64,000 nucleotides of DNA from an uncultured Verrucomicrobiae bacterium (GTDB lineage: Bacteria > Verrucomicrobiota > Verrucomicrobiia > Palsa-1439): positions 192,001 through 256,000 of the forward strand of contig CAWEWF010000014.1 in the NCBI GenBank assembly GCA_963812605.1, in the 5' to 3' direction. The stretch's first letter is position 1. Each line of letters starts with the position of its first letter. Below the pieces are notes generated by a model. It was not told where the DNA came from, searched no databases, and was given only the letters and a program-made list of their open reading frames with translations. Made by a program: the position numbers and the translations under genes. Of the stretch, positions 31,596 through 40,660 are shown piece by piece.

Positions 31596-32049
31596 ATGAA
31601 CGGATTCAGCAAGCTGGCGGTAGCTTTGGCTTTGGTGGCGATGGTCGGGTGCGCAACGCAGGTGACGGTGACGCCCACGCATCGCGAGAACATGGCGGCG
31701 CAGTCGAAGGTGCTCGCCATCGCGGCGCGGGACCTCGAAAGCATTGTGCGCCAGCGTAACGCCGAAGGCGGTGGAGAGGAAGCCGTGCGGGCGGTCATCG
31801 AATTCCACGCGCAGGCGGAGAACTTCGCGGGGACGGTGGGCGAGGGGCGCTCGGATGAGAGGATCAACACCGATTACGAGCATTTGATCGAGGCGTATGT
31901 GAGGCTCAAGCACACCTTCCCGAACCTGAACGCCGACAAGCTCACGCAAGACGCATTATGAGCGCGTGCAGTATGAATATGAGAAACTGGCGCGCGCGTC
32001 TGGCTATTCGAACAAGGCATACGAAAAGAAGGTCGAAGAAGGGAAGTAG
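31596..32049 (+). CDS. Hypothetical lipoprotein, probable frameshift near 31958
   Basis: GGGAGG RBS; VAMVGC lipobox; continues YERVQYEYEKLARASGY...EEGK* in the next frame. Confidence 0.7.
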
Positions 32050-32064
32050 CGGGGGGAACGGATT

Positions 32065-32101
32065 AACGTTGAACGTTCAACGCTGAACTTTCAACTTTCA
32101 A
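32065..32101. repeat. Heptamer tandem array (AACGTTG/AACGTTC/AACGCTG/AACTTTC x2)
   Basis: Five consecutive 7-bp units read directly from the sequence. Confidence 0.85.
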
Positions 32102-32636
32102 GGGGGGAAGCTGGGAAGGCCGGCGCATGACGAAAGTTGACACAGCTCAGTGGCTCTCGTTTGAGAAAAGGAATTTTGCTTGGATTCAAATACCGGCTCT
32201 CCGTTTCTTTTCGAATCAGATCGAAATCTTTACGTTCAATCCGGGCAATTGTTGTTCGCGGTTGAATCCCTTTAGGAAGTAATTCTGACATTGGTGGGAC
32301 AGTAACTGGATGCCGCGGTTGATATCCGCTGCATTTTCTGCCCCGAATCATATGCGCATGCTTGTAACCGTACGCTTGTCCCTCCTTAAGAGGAATACTG
32401 TCATACCAATGCGTTTTTGTGCATTCATAGAATCCTTTGACGAGGCTGCACGGCTTGTAATCAACTTCGTTCTTGATGTAGGCAAATTCGATCCAGCGGT
32501 CTCCTTTCCTGACGCCTCGGAAGCCACGTGGAATCTTGCTTTTTGGCATGCCAACACGCCAGATGAAGCCAGGCAGTTTCTCAAACGAATCAAGATCGTG
32601 TTTTACGATGAAGTACTGTCGCATGGTGCTCACCAA
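32091..32636 (-). CDS. AT-rich hypothetical protein, possibly EVE/PUA-like, apparently 3'-truncated
   Basis: YFIVK...IW...VRKGDRWIEFAY...GFYE...I...DFDLI pattern; lower GC than neighbours. Confidence 0.5.
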   Translation of the reverse strand: MVSTMRQYFIVKHDLDSFEKLPGFIWRVGMPKSKIPRGFRGVRKGDRWIEFAYIKNEVDYKPCSLVKGFYECTKTHWYDSIPLKEGQAYGYKHAHMIRGRKCSGYQPRHPVTVPPMSELLPKGIQPRTTIARIERKDFDLIRKETESRYLNPSKIPFLKREPLSCVNFRHAPAFPASPLES

Positions 32637-32736
32637 AATCCTTTGCTAAATGAAAAGCTCTAGCCCCGCACTTTTTCATTCCTTTCAGTTGTATGATTTC
32701 CACATGCGGATTCAAGACTACTTCGCTTGGATCGGC

Positions 32737-32819
32737 CTGAGCGAAGCGAAGGATCTAGCCGGAATGCCAAGAGTTTCTTCTGAATGTGAGCCAGACTCTT
32801 CGCTTCGCTCAGAGTGACA
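32737..32819. repeat. REP-like inverted repeat pair (CTGAGCGAAGCGAAG ... CTTCGCTTCGCTCAG)
   Basis: 15-bp perfect inverted repeat; GCTCAGAGTGACAAC recurs at 35599-35613. Confidence 0.85.
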
Positions 32820-32850
32820 ACGTAAGAAATTCGTCGACAAACGGAGCAGC

Positions 32851-34035
32851 CTATTTCTTAAATGTGCGGACGAACTTGCTGATGCCTTCGATGGCTTTTT
32901 CTAGGTCGGTCATGGCGCCGCAATAGCTGGCGCGGACGTGGCCTTCGCCGCTGGGGCCGAAGGCGTCGCCGGGGACGACCGCGACGCGTTGCTGTTCGAG
33001 CAACTGCACGGCGAATTCGCGCGAGGTCAGCCCGGTTTCGCGGATGGACGGGAACGAGTAGAAGGCGCCGTTCGGCATGTGGCAGGGCAGGCCGATTTCG
33101 TTGAAGGATTTGACGATGAAATTGCGGCGCAGCCGGTACTGCTCGCGCATGGCGGCGATATCGTCGAGGCCGTTCTCGAGCGCTTCGAGGGCGGCTTCCT
33201 GGCTGAGAATCGGTGCGCAGAGCATGGAGTATTGGTGGACGCGCAACATGGCTTCCGTGAGCGCGACAGGAGCGCAGACGTAGCCGATGCGGAAACCGGT
33301 CATCGCGAACGCCTTCGAGAATCCATGCAGGAAAATCGTGCGTTCTTTCATGCCCGGCAGCGCGGCGACGGTGCTGTGCTTGCCGGAGTAGGTGAGTTCG
33401 CTGTAAATCTCGTCGGTCAACACCAGCAGATCGTTGTCGATGCAGACGCGGGCGATCTTCTCGACTTCTTCGGCGGACAGCGTGGCGCCCGTCGGGTTGG
33501 TCGGGAAATTCAGCATGATCGCTTTGGTGCGCGGCGTGATGGAGGCCGCAACGTCTTCGGCGGTCAGCGAAAATTTATTCTCGGCGCGAGTGCGGATCGC
33601 CTTGCCGACACCATGCGCCAACTGCACGCTCGGGTGATACGAGACGTAGCAGGGTTCGTGATAGAGAATTTCGTCGCCGGGATTGATGATGGCCCGCAGC
33701 GCGATGTCCAGACCTTCGCTCACGCCGACCGTGACGAGGATTTCCGAATTCGGATCGTACTCGAGGTGGAAGGTGTCCTTCAGGTAGGCGCTGATGGCCT
33801 TGCGGAGTTTGATCAGGCCGAAATTGGAAGTGTAACTGGTGCGCCCGCGTTCCAGCGCGAAGATCGCCGCTTCGCGAATATGCCACGGCGTGACGAACCC
33901 CGGCTCGCCAATGCCGAGCGACACGACATTGTCCATCGACTGGACGATGTCGAAGAAATCACGAATCCCCGAGCGCGGAATACTCCGCACATGCTCGGCG
34001 ACAAAATCGCGCTTCGTCTGGCGTTCGAGGGGCAT
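32851..34035 (-). CDS. Aminotransferase class I/II
   Basis: SGIRDFF, SLGIGEP, NFPTNPTG, DEIY, GFSKAFAMTGFRIGY. Confidence 0.95.
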   Translation of the reverse strand: MPLERQTKRDFVAEHVRSIPRSGIRDFFDIVQSMDNVVSLGIGEPGFVTPWHIREAAIFALERGRTSYTSNFGLIKLRKAISAYLKDTFHLEYDPNSEILVTVGVSEGLDIALRAIINPGDEILYHEPCYVSYHPSVQLAHGVGKAIRTRAENKFSLTAEDVAASITPRTKAIMLNFPTNPTGATLSAEEVEKIARVCIDNDLLVLTDEIYSELTYSGKHSTVAALPGMKERTIFLHGFSKAFAMTGFRIGYVCAPVALTEAMLRVHQYSMLCAPILSQEAALEALENGLDDIAAMREQYRLRRNFIVKSFNEIGLPCHMPNGAFYSFPSIRETGLTSREFAVQLLEQQRVAVVPGDAFGPSGEGHVRASYCGAMTDLEKAIEGISKFVRTFKK

Positions 34036-34155
34036 GGATTTGTATTTTACGCGGGGAGGGACGGAAATGCAAGCGGGGGGTAGGGTGCTTTCTGTCATCA
34101 GAATCTTGTCGAACGGGCTCGATTCGATTATACTTGCCTCCAAGAAAGGCACATC

Positions 34156-34403
34156 ATGAGTGAAATCGATTTTCTCAGTCCAGGTATTCAGCAAATTCGT
34201 CACAGTATCAGGGACATTGATGACAGCTACAATCACAACTGGGATGTCATTGCTGAGCTATGCCAAAACGCAGTTGATGCGATTCGTATGTCCAGCGTGC
34301 AGCGCGGGGTGATTTCGCTGGAAGTGGATTGCAGCGAGAAGTCCATACGGATTGCAGACAATGGCGTCGGCATTGAACCCAATCTTCTGCCGACTCTCCT
34401 AAC
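34156..34403 (+). pseudogene. N-terminal fragment of a GHKL (HATPase_c) ATPase
   Basis: AELCQNAVDA...IRIADNGVGI then abrupt loss of family-like sequence after LLPTLL. Confidence 0.7.
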
Positions 34404-34780
34404 CGTGGACAGAATTCAGACATCCCCCTTATCAACTCCGGGAGCTAGCGTACTTCCTCATGCCACGCACACGTTACTTTTGTCAGGTTTTATTCAGCCG
34501 GTTTACGTTATTGATCTTAAGTTGGTGTTGGCTAGCTAGATTGGACTCAATGCGACAATCGCCACAGAATTGACGTGGGCGTCGGGTTTGAGCCGGCGAT
34601 GAAGGTGAAGTAACGAACCCATTTGTGGAAGTCGGCTAGTGGGAATTCGTTCCATGGCAGCGGCATGACCGCATGATAGCAAAGACGGGGCGTGAGTCGA
34701 ATGTGGGGTTTTGAGCACCGGTAGGGAATTGAGGCAAAGCGCCCACTCCTTCATACCCTCCGTTGAGGGAAGCATGAGAA

Positions 34781-35203
34781 TCAAATCTTGATGACGATCT
34801 GCAGGCCCTTTCGAGTGTTTTCAAGTCGGAAAGATTTCCACTGCTTGATTACATCCATGCCGATCAGTCCGAATTTGCAGGTCAACTTTTCAATGAAGGG
34901 AGTCTTTGGAATAGTTGAGGTCCAAACGACAACGCGGTCTTTTTTCCTGGGGTCAAGCAGGCTGACCTGGACGCTATGCAGATAGGTAACGGAACCGCCA
35001 CCCACGCCATCGCACCAATCCTTCTTCACGCGCCGATCCTGATTGTTGTGGCCGAAGGCTGTGGCCCAGTCGCAAGGGAATGAAGTCTCGTCGCATCCCG
35101 TATCAATCAACATCGGGATCACGAAAATATTACCGGTGAGCAGGCACTCGACACTGGCCATGACCATTGGACGGCGTTCAAGGGCAGGATAAACGAGAGT
35201 CAC
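34781..35203 (-). CDS. Single-domain retropepsin-like aspartic protease
   Basis: RP, MLIDTGCDET, GVGG flap, GLIGMDVI motifs. Confidence 0.8.
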   Translation of the reverse strand: MTLVYPALERRPMVMASVECLLTGNIFVIPMLIDTGCDETSFPCDWATAFGHNNQDRRVKKDWCDGVGGGSVTYLHSVQVSLLDPRKKDRVVVWTSTIPKTPFIEKLTCKFGLIGMDVIKQWKSFRLENTRKGLQIVIKI

Positions 35204-35428
35204 GCGTCAGACCGGGCAAGAATCCAGACCGCGCTGGCTTTCGTTCGTTGAAATAAAACAGGAATCCCGGCGACCAAGCTTCGCTTTCTTCATCCTGCGG
35301 GCGAGAGTCTTCTTGTCTTTTCCGGTGGCGACCACCTTGAACGTATCGGAGTCCATCACGATGGTACTGTCTGGGTGCAGACGCATGCACTTTTCCATGT
35401 GATTAATGAGGTTCTGGTAATACGACAT
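35200..35428 (-). CDS. Small DUF5678-like protein, probable frameshift near 35275
   Basis: ...IVMDSDTFKVVATGKD...; alternate frame gives VAGIPVLFQRTKASAVWILARSDA* overlapping the protease GTG (GTGA). Confidence 0.55.
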
Positions 35429-35632
35429 ATTGCACCAAACCGCCTTGAATCGCGGTCTTACATACCTCCCGCGACTTCCTCAATTTCTGCACACAAGCTA
35501 GGCTTGCCCCATCGGAATGTCAAGTTTCGAACTCCGGTTCGGAGTTCGTAGCGTTTGCCGTATACGACAACGGCGTCTCGTCCGACTCGGCTCGACAAGC
35601 TCAGAGTGACAACCTACGGAGAGACGACTGCT

Positions 35633-36112
35633 TTACGGACTGATCTTGAGGCGTTCGAATTCTTCGCTGCCTTCCATCATCACCGCTTGCTCTTTGTAGG
35701 TCTTGAGCATGAAGTGGGTGCCGGTGCTGGTGACGCCGGCGAGAGTGGCAAGTTTTTCCGCGACGAACTGGGCGACCTCGCGGAGGTTGCGGCCTTCGAC
35801 GAAAATGAGAAGGTCGTAGCCGCCGGACATGAGGAAGAGGGAAGTGACTTCGTCGAACTTGGCGATGCGGCGGGCGATGCGGTCAAAGCCGCCTTCGCGT
35901 TCGGGCTGGATCTTGACTTCGATGACGGCTTTGACGAGATCGGTGTCGACTTTGTCATCGTTGATGACGGCCTTGTAGCCGAGGATGACCTTGTCGTCCT
36001 CGTACTGCTTGATGCGGCGCTGGACCTCGTCGGCGGGAAGGTTGAGCATCTTGGACAAGTCGGCCGGCGTACGCAACGCGTGTTCTTCGAGGAGTTTTAG
36101 CAGTGGATCCAT
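35633..36112 (-). CDS. Lrp/AsnC family transcriptional regulator
   Basis: N-terminal HTH, ILGYKAVIN, LMSGGYDL, STGTHFMLKTYK. Confidence 0.93.
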   Translation of the reverse strand: MDPLLKLLEEHALRTPADLSKMLNLPADEVQRRIKQYEDDKVILGYKAVINDDKVDTDLVKAVIEVKIQPEREGGFDRIARRIAKFDEVTSLFLMSGGYDLLIFVEGRNLREVAQFVAEKLATLAGVTSTGTHFMLKTYKEQAVMMEGSEEFERLKISP

Positions 36113-36137
36113 AATTCGTTATGCGCTCTGAAAAAAA

Positions 36138-36214
36138 TGGTCGGGACGGCGAGATTCGAACTCGCGACCCCTTGCACCCCATGCAAGTGCGCTACCAGGC
36201 TGCGCTACGTCCCG
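36138..36214 (-). tRNA. tRNA-Pro(GGG)
   Basis: Reverse complement CGGGACGTAGCGCAGCCTGGTAGCGCACTTGCATGGGGTGCAAGGGGTCGCGAGTTCGAATCTCGCCGTCCCGACCA. Confidence 0.97.
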
Positions 36215-36307
36215 ACATGACAACCAACAACGCGGACTCTATCATACGGTCGGTTGGCGGCGCAAGCGTCCGCATCGGGGGTGATGTCTTAATTTGCATC
36301 TGCCAAC

Positions 36308-36371
36308 TGTAGCCGAAGCGTAAGCTTCGGGAATCCGCATTGCTACCACCGAAGCTTACGCTTCGGCTACA
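36308..36371. repeat. Perfect 23-bp GTAG-type inverted repeat (REP doublet)
   Basis: TGTAGCCGAAGCGTAAGCTTCGG-18 nt-CCGAAGCTTACGCTTCGGCTACA. Confidence 0.9.
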
Positions 36372-36430
36372 AAACACGAACGATGAGTGATGCGACTAAT
36401 TAAGACACTACCCAGCGGGGGACATTCCCG

Positions 36431-37225
36431 TTAGATGAGCAGGTAGGCGGCGAACAATTCACCGAAGAGGACGCTGACTTCCATGACGTACAACATGCCG
36501 GTCGCCGCCTGGTTGGCTTTTTGTTGCGCGCACCGCCACACCATGAAACCCAGGATCAGCGGCAGCGCCAATCCCCACAGCAGGCGCATGACAAAGAAAA
36601 ACAGGTTTCCATGGAGCGCCCAGAGCGACGGAATGAAGGTACTGGCGAACTTTGGATCAACATTACCCAGCGACATGACCGTCACGAAGACGACGGCGAT
36701 GCGCAGTCCAATGGCGCCGAGCACAATTTGCGAGAAGCGGAGCAGATGCTCGAAGCTCAAGCGTCGCATGAGCAGGTACCAATGCCCCAGGATCATCGCG
36801 ACGTTTATGGCTCCCAGCAGTAACGTGCTACTGAGCACTCCGGCCTCGAAAAACTCGGGAGCAATCGTGTCTATCCCCCGCACGTCAAGGGTGTGCTGCG
36901 CCAGGGGCATCAGCCCAAACGCGAGACCGGCCAGGCCCGATATCAGGGATAGCAGTCTCCCCAAATCGGGCCGCTCCAATCGGAAGGCGCCGTAGGCGGC
37001 TGTCGCGCCGATCACCGTCAGGCCAAGAAACCGCATGTCCCACCAGTCCTCCTTCAATAAGGCCCTGGAAAGCACGAGGGCGATGGCGGCGGTGAGGGCG
37101 CACACGAGACTGTTGAAGGTGAAGAAACTGGTGCGAATCTCCCGCGGCGGCAGCAGGCAAATCATCAGCAAGCTGCCGATGCTCAACTCGGTGAGGACCA
37201 TGCATAGAACTTGAATGAGTGTCAT
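36431..37225 (-). CDS. Conserved polytopic membrane protein
   Basis: About 8 hydrophobic segments; MILGHWYL and AATGMLY motifs. Confidence 0.75.
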   Translation of the reverse strand: MTLIQVLCMVLTELSIGSLLMICLLPPREIRTSFFTFNSLVCALTAAIALVLSRALLKEDWWDMRFLGLTVIGATAAYGAFRLERPDLGRLLSLISGLAGLAFGLMPLAQHTLDVRGIDTIAPEFFEAGVLSSTLLLGAINVAMILGHWYLLMRRLSFEHLLRFSQIVLGAIGLRIAVVFVTVMSLGNVDPKFASTFIPSLWALHGNLFFFVMRLLWGLALPLILGFMVWRCAQQKANQAATGMLYVMEVSVLFGELFAAYLLI

Positions 37226-37569
37226 TTGTCGACCAACTCCAACTGCGGAGGGTTTCCTTCGGCCACGAGATTACGGCCACCCCCCACGTCCTGGAGCCAA
37301 CCCAACACGGTCTCCACGCTGATACGTTCGCATAGCGCGGGATATTTCTGCAGATGCGATGCCGCCCGCAAGGCCAAACGCATAGCCGGATCGGGTTTAC
37401 CCTGCTGCAATTTCAGGAAGACCGCGGCGGTTTGGATCAAGCCTTTGTAGAAGTCGCGGCGCTCGTCGGAGGTCTTCAACCACAACTCTTCCAGGACATC
37501 GTGGGCCTCGTAGTAGGCCTGGCGGTTGAAACATTCAAGGAAGCCGGTCAGGTGCGGATCCGGCGCCAC
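37222..37569 (-). CDS. DUF309 family protein
   Basis: FNRQAYYEAHDVLEELW...YKGLIQTA. Confidence 0.88.
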   Translation of the reverse strand: MAPDPHLTGFLECFNRQAYYEAHDVLEELWLKTSDERRDFYKGLIQTAAVFLKLQQGKPDPAMRLALRAASHLQKYPALCERISVETVLGWLQDVGGGRNLVAEGNPPQLELVDK

Positions 37570-37571
37570 GG

Positions 37572-38966
37572 CTACTTGCCCACCATGACCACCGAATTTG
37601 TGCCTCCGTAACCGTCGTCTGCCTGCATGGTGTTCTCGGGGTCGGGGATCCACTTGCCGTCGACGATCAACTTGTACAGGTGTCGTCCCGCGGGCAGTTG
37701 CAAGGTAACATCCCAATCGCCGTTGGCCAGCTTGCGCATTGGCGTGGCGGTCGCGGCGTTCCAGTTATTGAAATCGCCTGCGATACGGATGGAATGCGCG
37801 TCCGGGGCGCTGGCTGCGCCGAGCGAGAACTCGACATTGAACGGTCGTGACTTGGGTTTTGGTGGCGGCGGTGTCGGCGCGGGAGCAGGCGTGGGCGACG
37901 GTGTTGACGTTTGCGGTGCCTCCGGTGTTTGGCCGGGCGAGGGAGCCGGAGTTGATGTCGATGGGTTCCGCGGCCAGAAAAAATACGCCACTGCGGCGAC
38001 GATTAACAGCACAACGATAACCGTCGTGATCACCAGCGGAAGTGGAGAGCTTTGCGTCGGTACCCGTGGGGACGGCGGGGGAGGTTGGAATTGAGGATGA
38101 AGATCGACCCCGAGCCGCTTGGCGGTGGCTTCGGTCTTCGCTTCCTTGAGATCCTTCAGCAACGCGTCATAATCACGATAGCGGAGCAGGATGCTCTTAT
38201 TGAGCATCTTATTGACGACTTGTTCGGTTTTGGCCGTGATGTTCGGGTTCAACTCGCGCAAGAGAGGCGGTTTCTCGTTGAGGCGCTTTGCGGCAAGTTC
38301 CTCGGGCGTCTCGGCCTCGAACGGTGGATGCCCGGTGAGCATTTGGAATAACGTGGCGCCCAGGCTATACACGTCGCTGCGGAAATCCTCGGCTTTTTGT
38401 CCGACCCGCTCGGGGGAAATGTAGTAGGGCGAGCCCCAGATGCCCTGGTCCGGTGCGACTTCGACGTTGGCCAGTTTGGAGAGGCCAAAATCCAAAATTT
38501 TTACACCGACATCGTCCGCAATGAAAATGTTGGCCGGCTTGATGTCGCCGTGGATCATCTGGTTCTTGTTGTAGGCCGCGCGCAATCCCTCGATCACGTC
38601 GACGGTCATGTCGATTGCCTCCTCTTCGTTCATCGGCCCGACCTTCTCGATGATCTCGCGGAGGGTGTGGCCTTTGAGCAGCTCCATCACGATGTAATAC
38701 TGGGAAGCCTCCTCGCCGACGAAATAGATCTGGACGATATGGGGATGGCTGATGGCGGCGGCGGAACGGGCTTCCTGGAGGAAATCGTTGAGGAACTTCG
38801 GGTCATGCGCAAGATCCTCGCGCAAGACCTTGATCGCGACCTCACGGTTCAGCGTAGGGTCGAAGGCCCGGAAGACCGTGCCCATGCCGCCATGCGCGAT
38901 CTCCTCGATCAAATTAAAATGGCCCAACTTTGATGAAAGCGCCATCGGAGTGTGGATTCTAGTCAT
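37572..38966 (-). CDS. Hanks-type Ser/Thr kinase with TM helix, Pro/Thr linker and C-terminal CBM48 (AMPK-beta-like) domain
   Basis: GGMGTV, VAIK, HGDIKPAN, DFG, SPE; IAGDFNNW...W...LPAGRHLYKLIVDGKWIPDP...DGYGGTNSV. Confidence 0.92.
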   Translation of the reverse strand: MTRIHTPMALSSKLGHFNLIEEIAHGGMGTVFRAFDPTLNREVAIKVLREDLAHDPKFLNDFLQEARSAAAISHPHIVQIYFVGEEASQYYIVMELLKGHTLREIIEKVGPMNEEEAIDMTVDVIEGLRAAYNKNQMIHGDIKPANIFIADDVGVKILDFGLSKLANVEVAPDQGIWGSPYYISPERVGQKAEDFRSDVYSLGATLFQMLTGHPPFEAETPEELAAKRLNEKPPLLRELNPNITAKTEQVVNKMLNKSILLRYRDYDALLKDLKEAKTEATAKRLGVDLHPQFQPPPPSPRVPTQSSPLPLVITTVIVVLLIVAAVAYFFWPRNPSTSTPAPSPGQTPEAPQTSTPSPTPAPAPTPPPPKPKSRPFNVEFSLGAASAPDAHSIRIAGDFNNWNAATATPMRKLANGDWDVTLQLPAGRHLYKLIVDGKWIPDPENTMQADDGYGGTNSVVMVGK

Positions 38967-39116
38967 TCTTGCGCCGGGCGCAAGCTTTGGTTGCTGCTAT
39001 GCAATAATTGGTTCCGGCTACGTAATATATAGAATATGCAGGCAAAAACCCCATGGCGGCTCCGTGTGTGCAGCCGCCACTTGCGATGCACGCCGCTTTC
39101 CGAATACAATCTAGAC

Positions 39117-39800
39117 ATGAGTGAGGTCGCGCACAACATAAATCAGATTCGTGAGCGCGTCCGATCCGCTGCCGAGCGCGCAGGGCGAAGGTTGGAAGAC
39201 GTCACGCTCGTTGCTGTGAGCAAGACGGTCGAGCCGGAACGAGTGGAAGCTGCCCTGGCGGCCGGCCAAGCGCTTTTTGGGGAGAGCAAGGTGCAGGAGG
39301 CGAAGGCGAAAGTCCCCTTGGTCTCGGGCCGGGCCCACTGGCACATGATTGGCCATCTGCAAACGAACAAGGCGCGCGAGGCCGTGGCCTTGTTTGAGGT
39401 CATCCACTCGGTGGATAGCCTGAAATTGGCCGCCGAACTGAGCAAGTGCGCCGAACGAGCGGGTAAAACACAGGCGATTCTGCTCGAAGTAAACGTCTCC
39501 GGCGAGGCCAGTAAATTTGGGTTGAAGCCCGAGGATTTGAAGTTCACCCTCACCGAGGTCAACCAGTTGCCGCGGCTCGAAGTAAAGGGCTTGATGACCA
39601 TCGCACCGTACACGGAAGAAAGTCAGAAGGCGCGACCATACTTCCGCCGGTTGCGGGAGCTTCGCGATGCCCTCGGCTTGCGCGAGCTTTCGATGGGCAT
39701 GACCCACGATTTCGAAGTCGCCATTGAAGAAGGCGCGACGCTGGTGCGTGTTGGCACTGCGATTTTCGGAGAAAGAAAACGACATGAGCCTGAAGAATAA
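39117..39800 (+). CDS. yggS: PLP homeostasis protein
   Basis: [35 protein letters not shown]; upstream of proC. Confidence 0.95.
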   Translation: MSEVAHNINQIRERVRSAAERAGRRLEDVTLVAVSKTVEPERVEAALAAGQALFGESKVQEAKAKVPLVSGRAHWHMIGHLQTNKAREAVALFEVIHSVDSLKLAAELSKCAERAGKTQAILLEVNVSGEASKFGLKPEDLKFTLTEVNQLPRLEVKGLMTIAPYTEESQKARPYFRRLRELRDALGLRELSMGMTHDFEVAIEEGATLVRVGTAIFGERKRHEPEE

Positions 39801-40602
39801 GACGATCGTGTTCCTCGGCGCCGGTAATATGGGGGAAGCGCTAATTCAAGGATTGCTGACGGCCAAGAGGGCGGCGCCGTCGCAGATTATCGCCACGGAC
39901 GTGCGCCCCGAGCGACTGGAGAGCCTGGCGAAGACTTTCGGCATTCGCACCATGGACGACAACGTGAAGGCGGTGGCGGATGCCGATATCGTATTGCTGG
40001 CTGTCAAACCGCAACAGATGTCGGCGGTCCTGGCTCCCTTGAAATCAGCGACCTCGGATCGCAGGTTGTTCATCTCGATTGCCGCGGGAGTGACCACGGC
40101 CCGTATCGAAGGCGAATTGGGCGGCAAGGCGCGCGTAGTGCGGGTCATGCCGAACACGCCGGCGCTTGTCGGGGCTGGCGCCGCCGCGCTGGTGAAAGGT
40201 GCATATGCAACCGACGATGACCTGGCGACCGCTGAATCGATTCTGGGAGCGGTGGGTATCACTGTGCGCGTGGCCGAGAGATTAATCGATGCCGTGACGG
40301 CTCTCAGTGGCAGCGGCCCCGCATACGTGTTTTACGTGACCGAGGCGATGATCAAGGCGGGCGTTGGCGCCGGGTTGGACGAAGCCCTGGCGAAAAAGCT
40401 GGCGATCCAGACCGTTTACGGCGCGGCAAAGCTGCTGGCGGAGAGCGGGGAGGAGCCGGAGTCGCTGCGCCGCAAAGTGACATCCCTTGGCGGCACGACC
40501 GAGGCGGCGCTCAAGGTGATGAGCGACCGCAAATTGGCGGAGATTTTCGCCGAGGCGATCCAAGCGGCCGAGCAGCGCTCGCGGGAACTTTCCGGATCCT
40601 GA
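39784..40602 (+). CDS. proC: Pyrroline-5-carboxylate reductase
   Basis: GAGNMG, AVKPQ, SIAAG, RVMPNTP, SGSGPAY, GGTT. Confidence 0.97.
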   Translation: MSLKNKTIVFLGAGNMGEALIQGLLTAKRAAPSQIIATDVRPERLESLAKTFGIRTMDDNVKAVADADIVLLAVKPQQMSAVLAPLKSATSDRRLFISIAAGVTTARIEGELGGKARVVRVMPNTPALVGAGAAALVKGAYATDDDLATAESILGAVGITVRVAERLIDAVTALSGSGPAYVFYVTEAMIKAGVGAGLDEALAKKLAIQTVYGAAKLLAESGEEPESLRRKVTSLGGTTEAALKVMSDRKLAEIFAEAIQAAEQRSRELSGS

Positions 40603-40660
40603 ATTGCGGCCCTGTCGCCGTGACAACCGGCGTGAAGAACAGAAAAAGGGGAGCACGACA

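Noticed and set aside
36138-36214. Integrative element at tRNA-Pro
   Set aside because: No integrase and no duplicated tRNA 3' end seen; lrp follows directly
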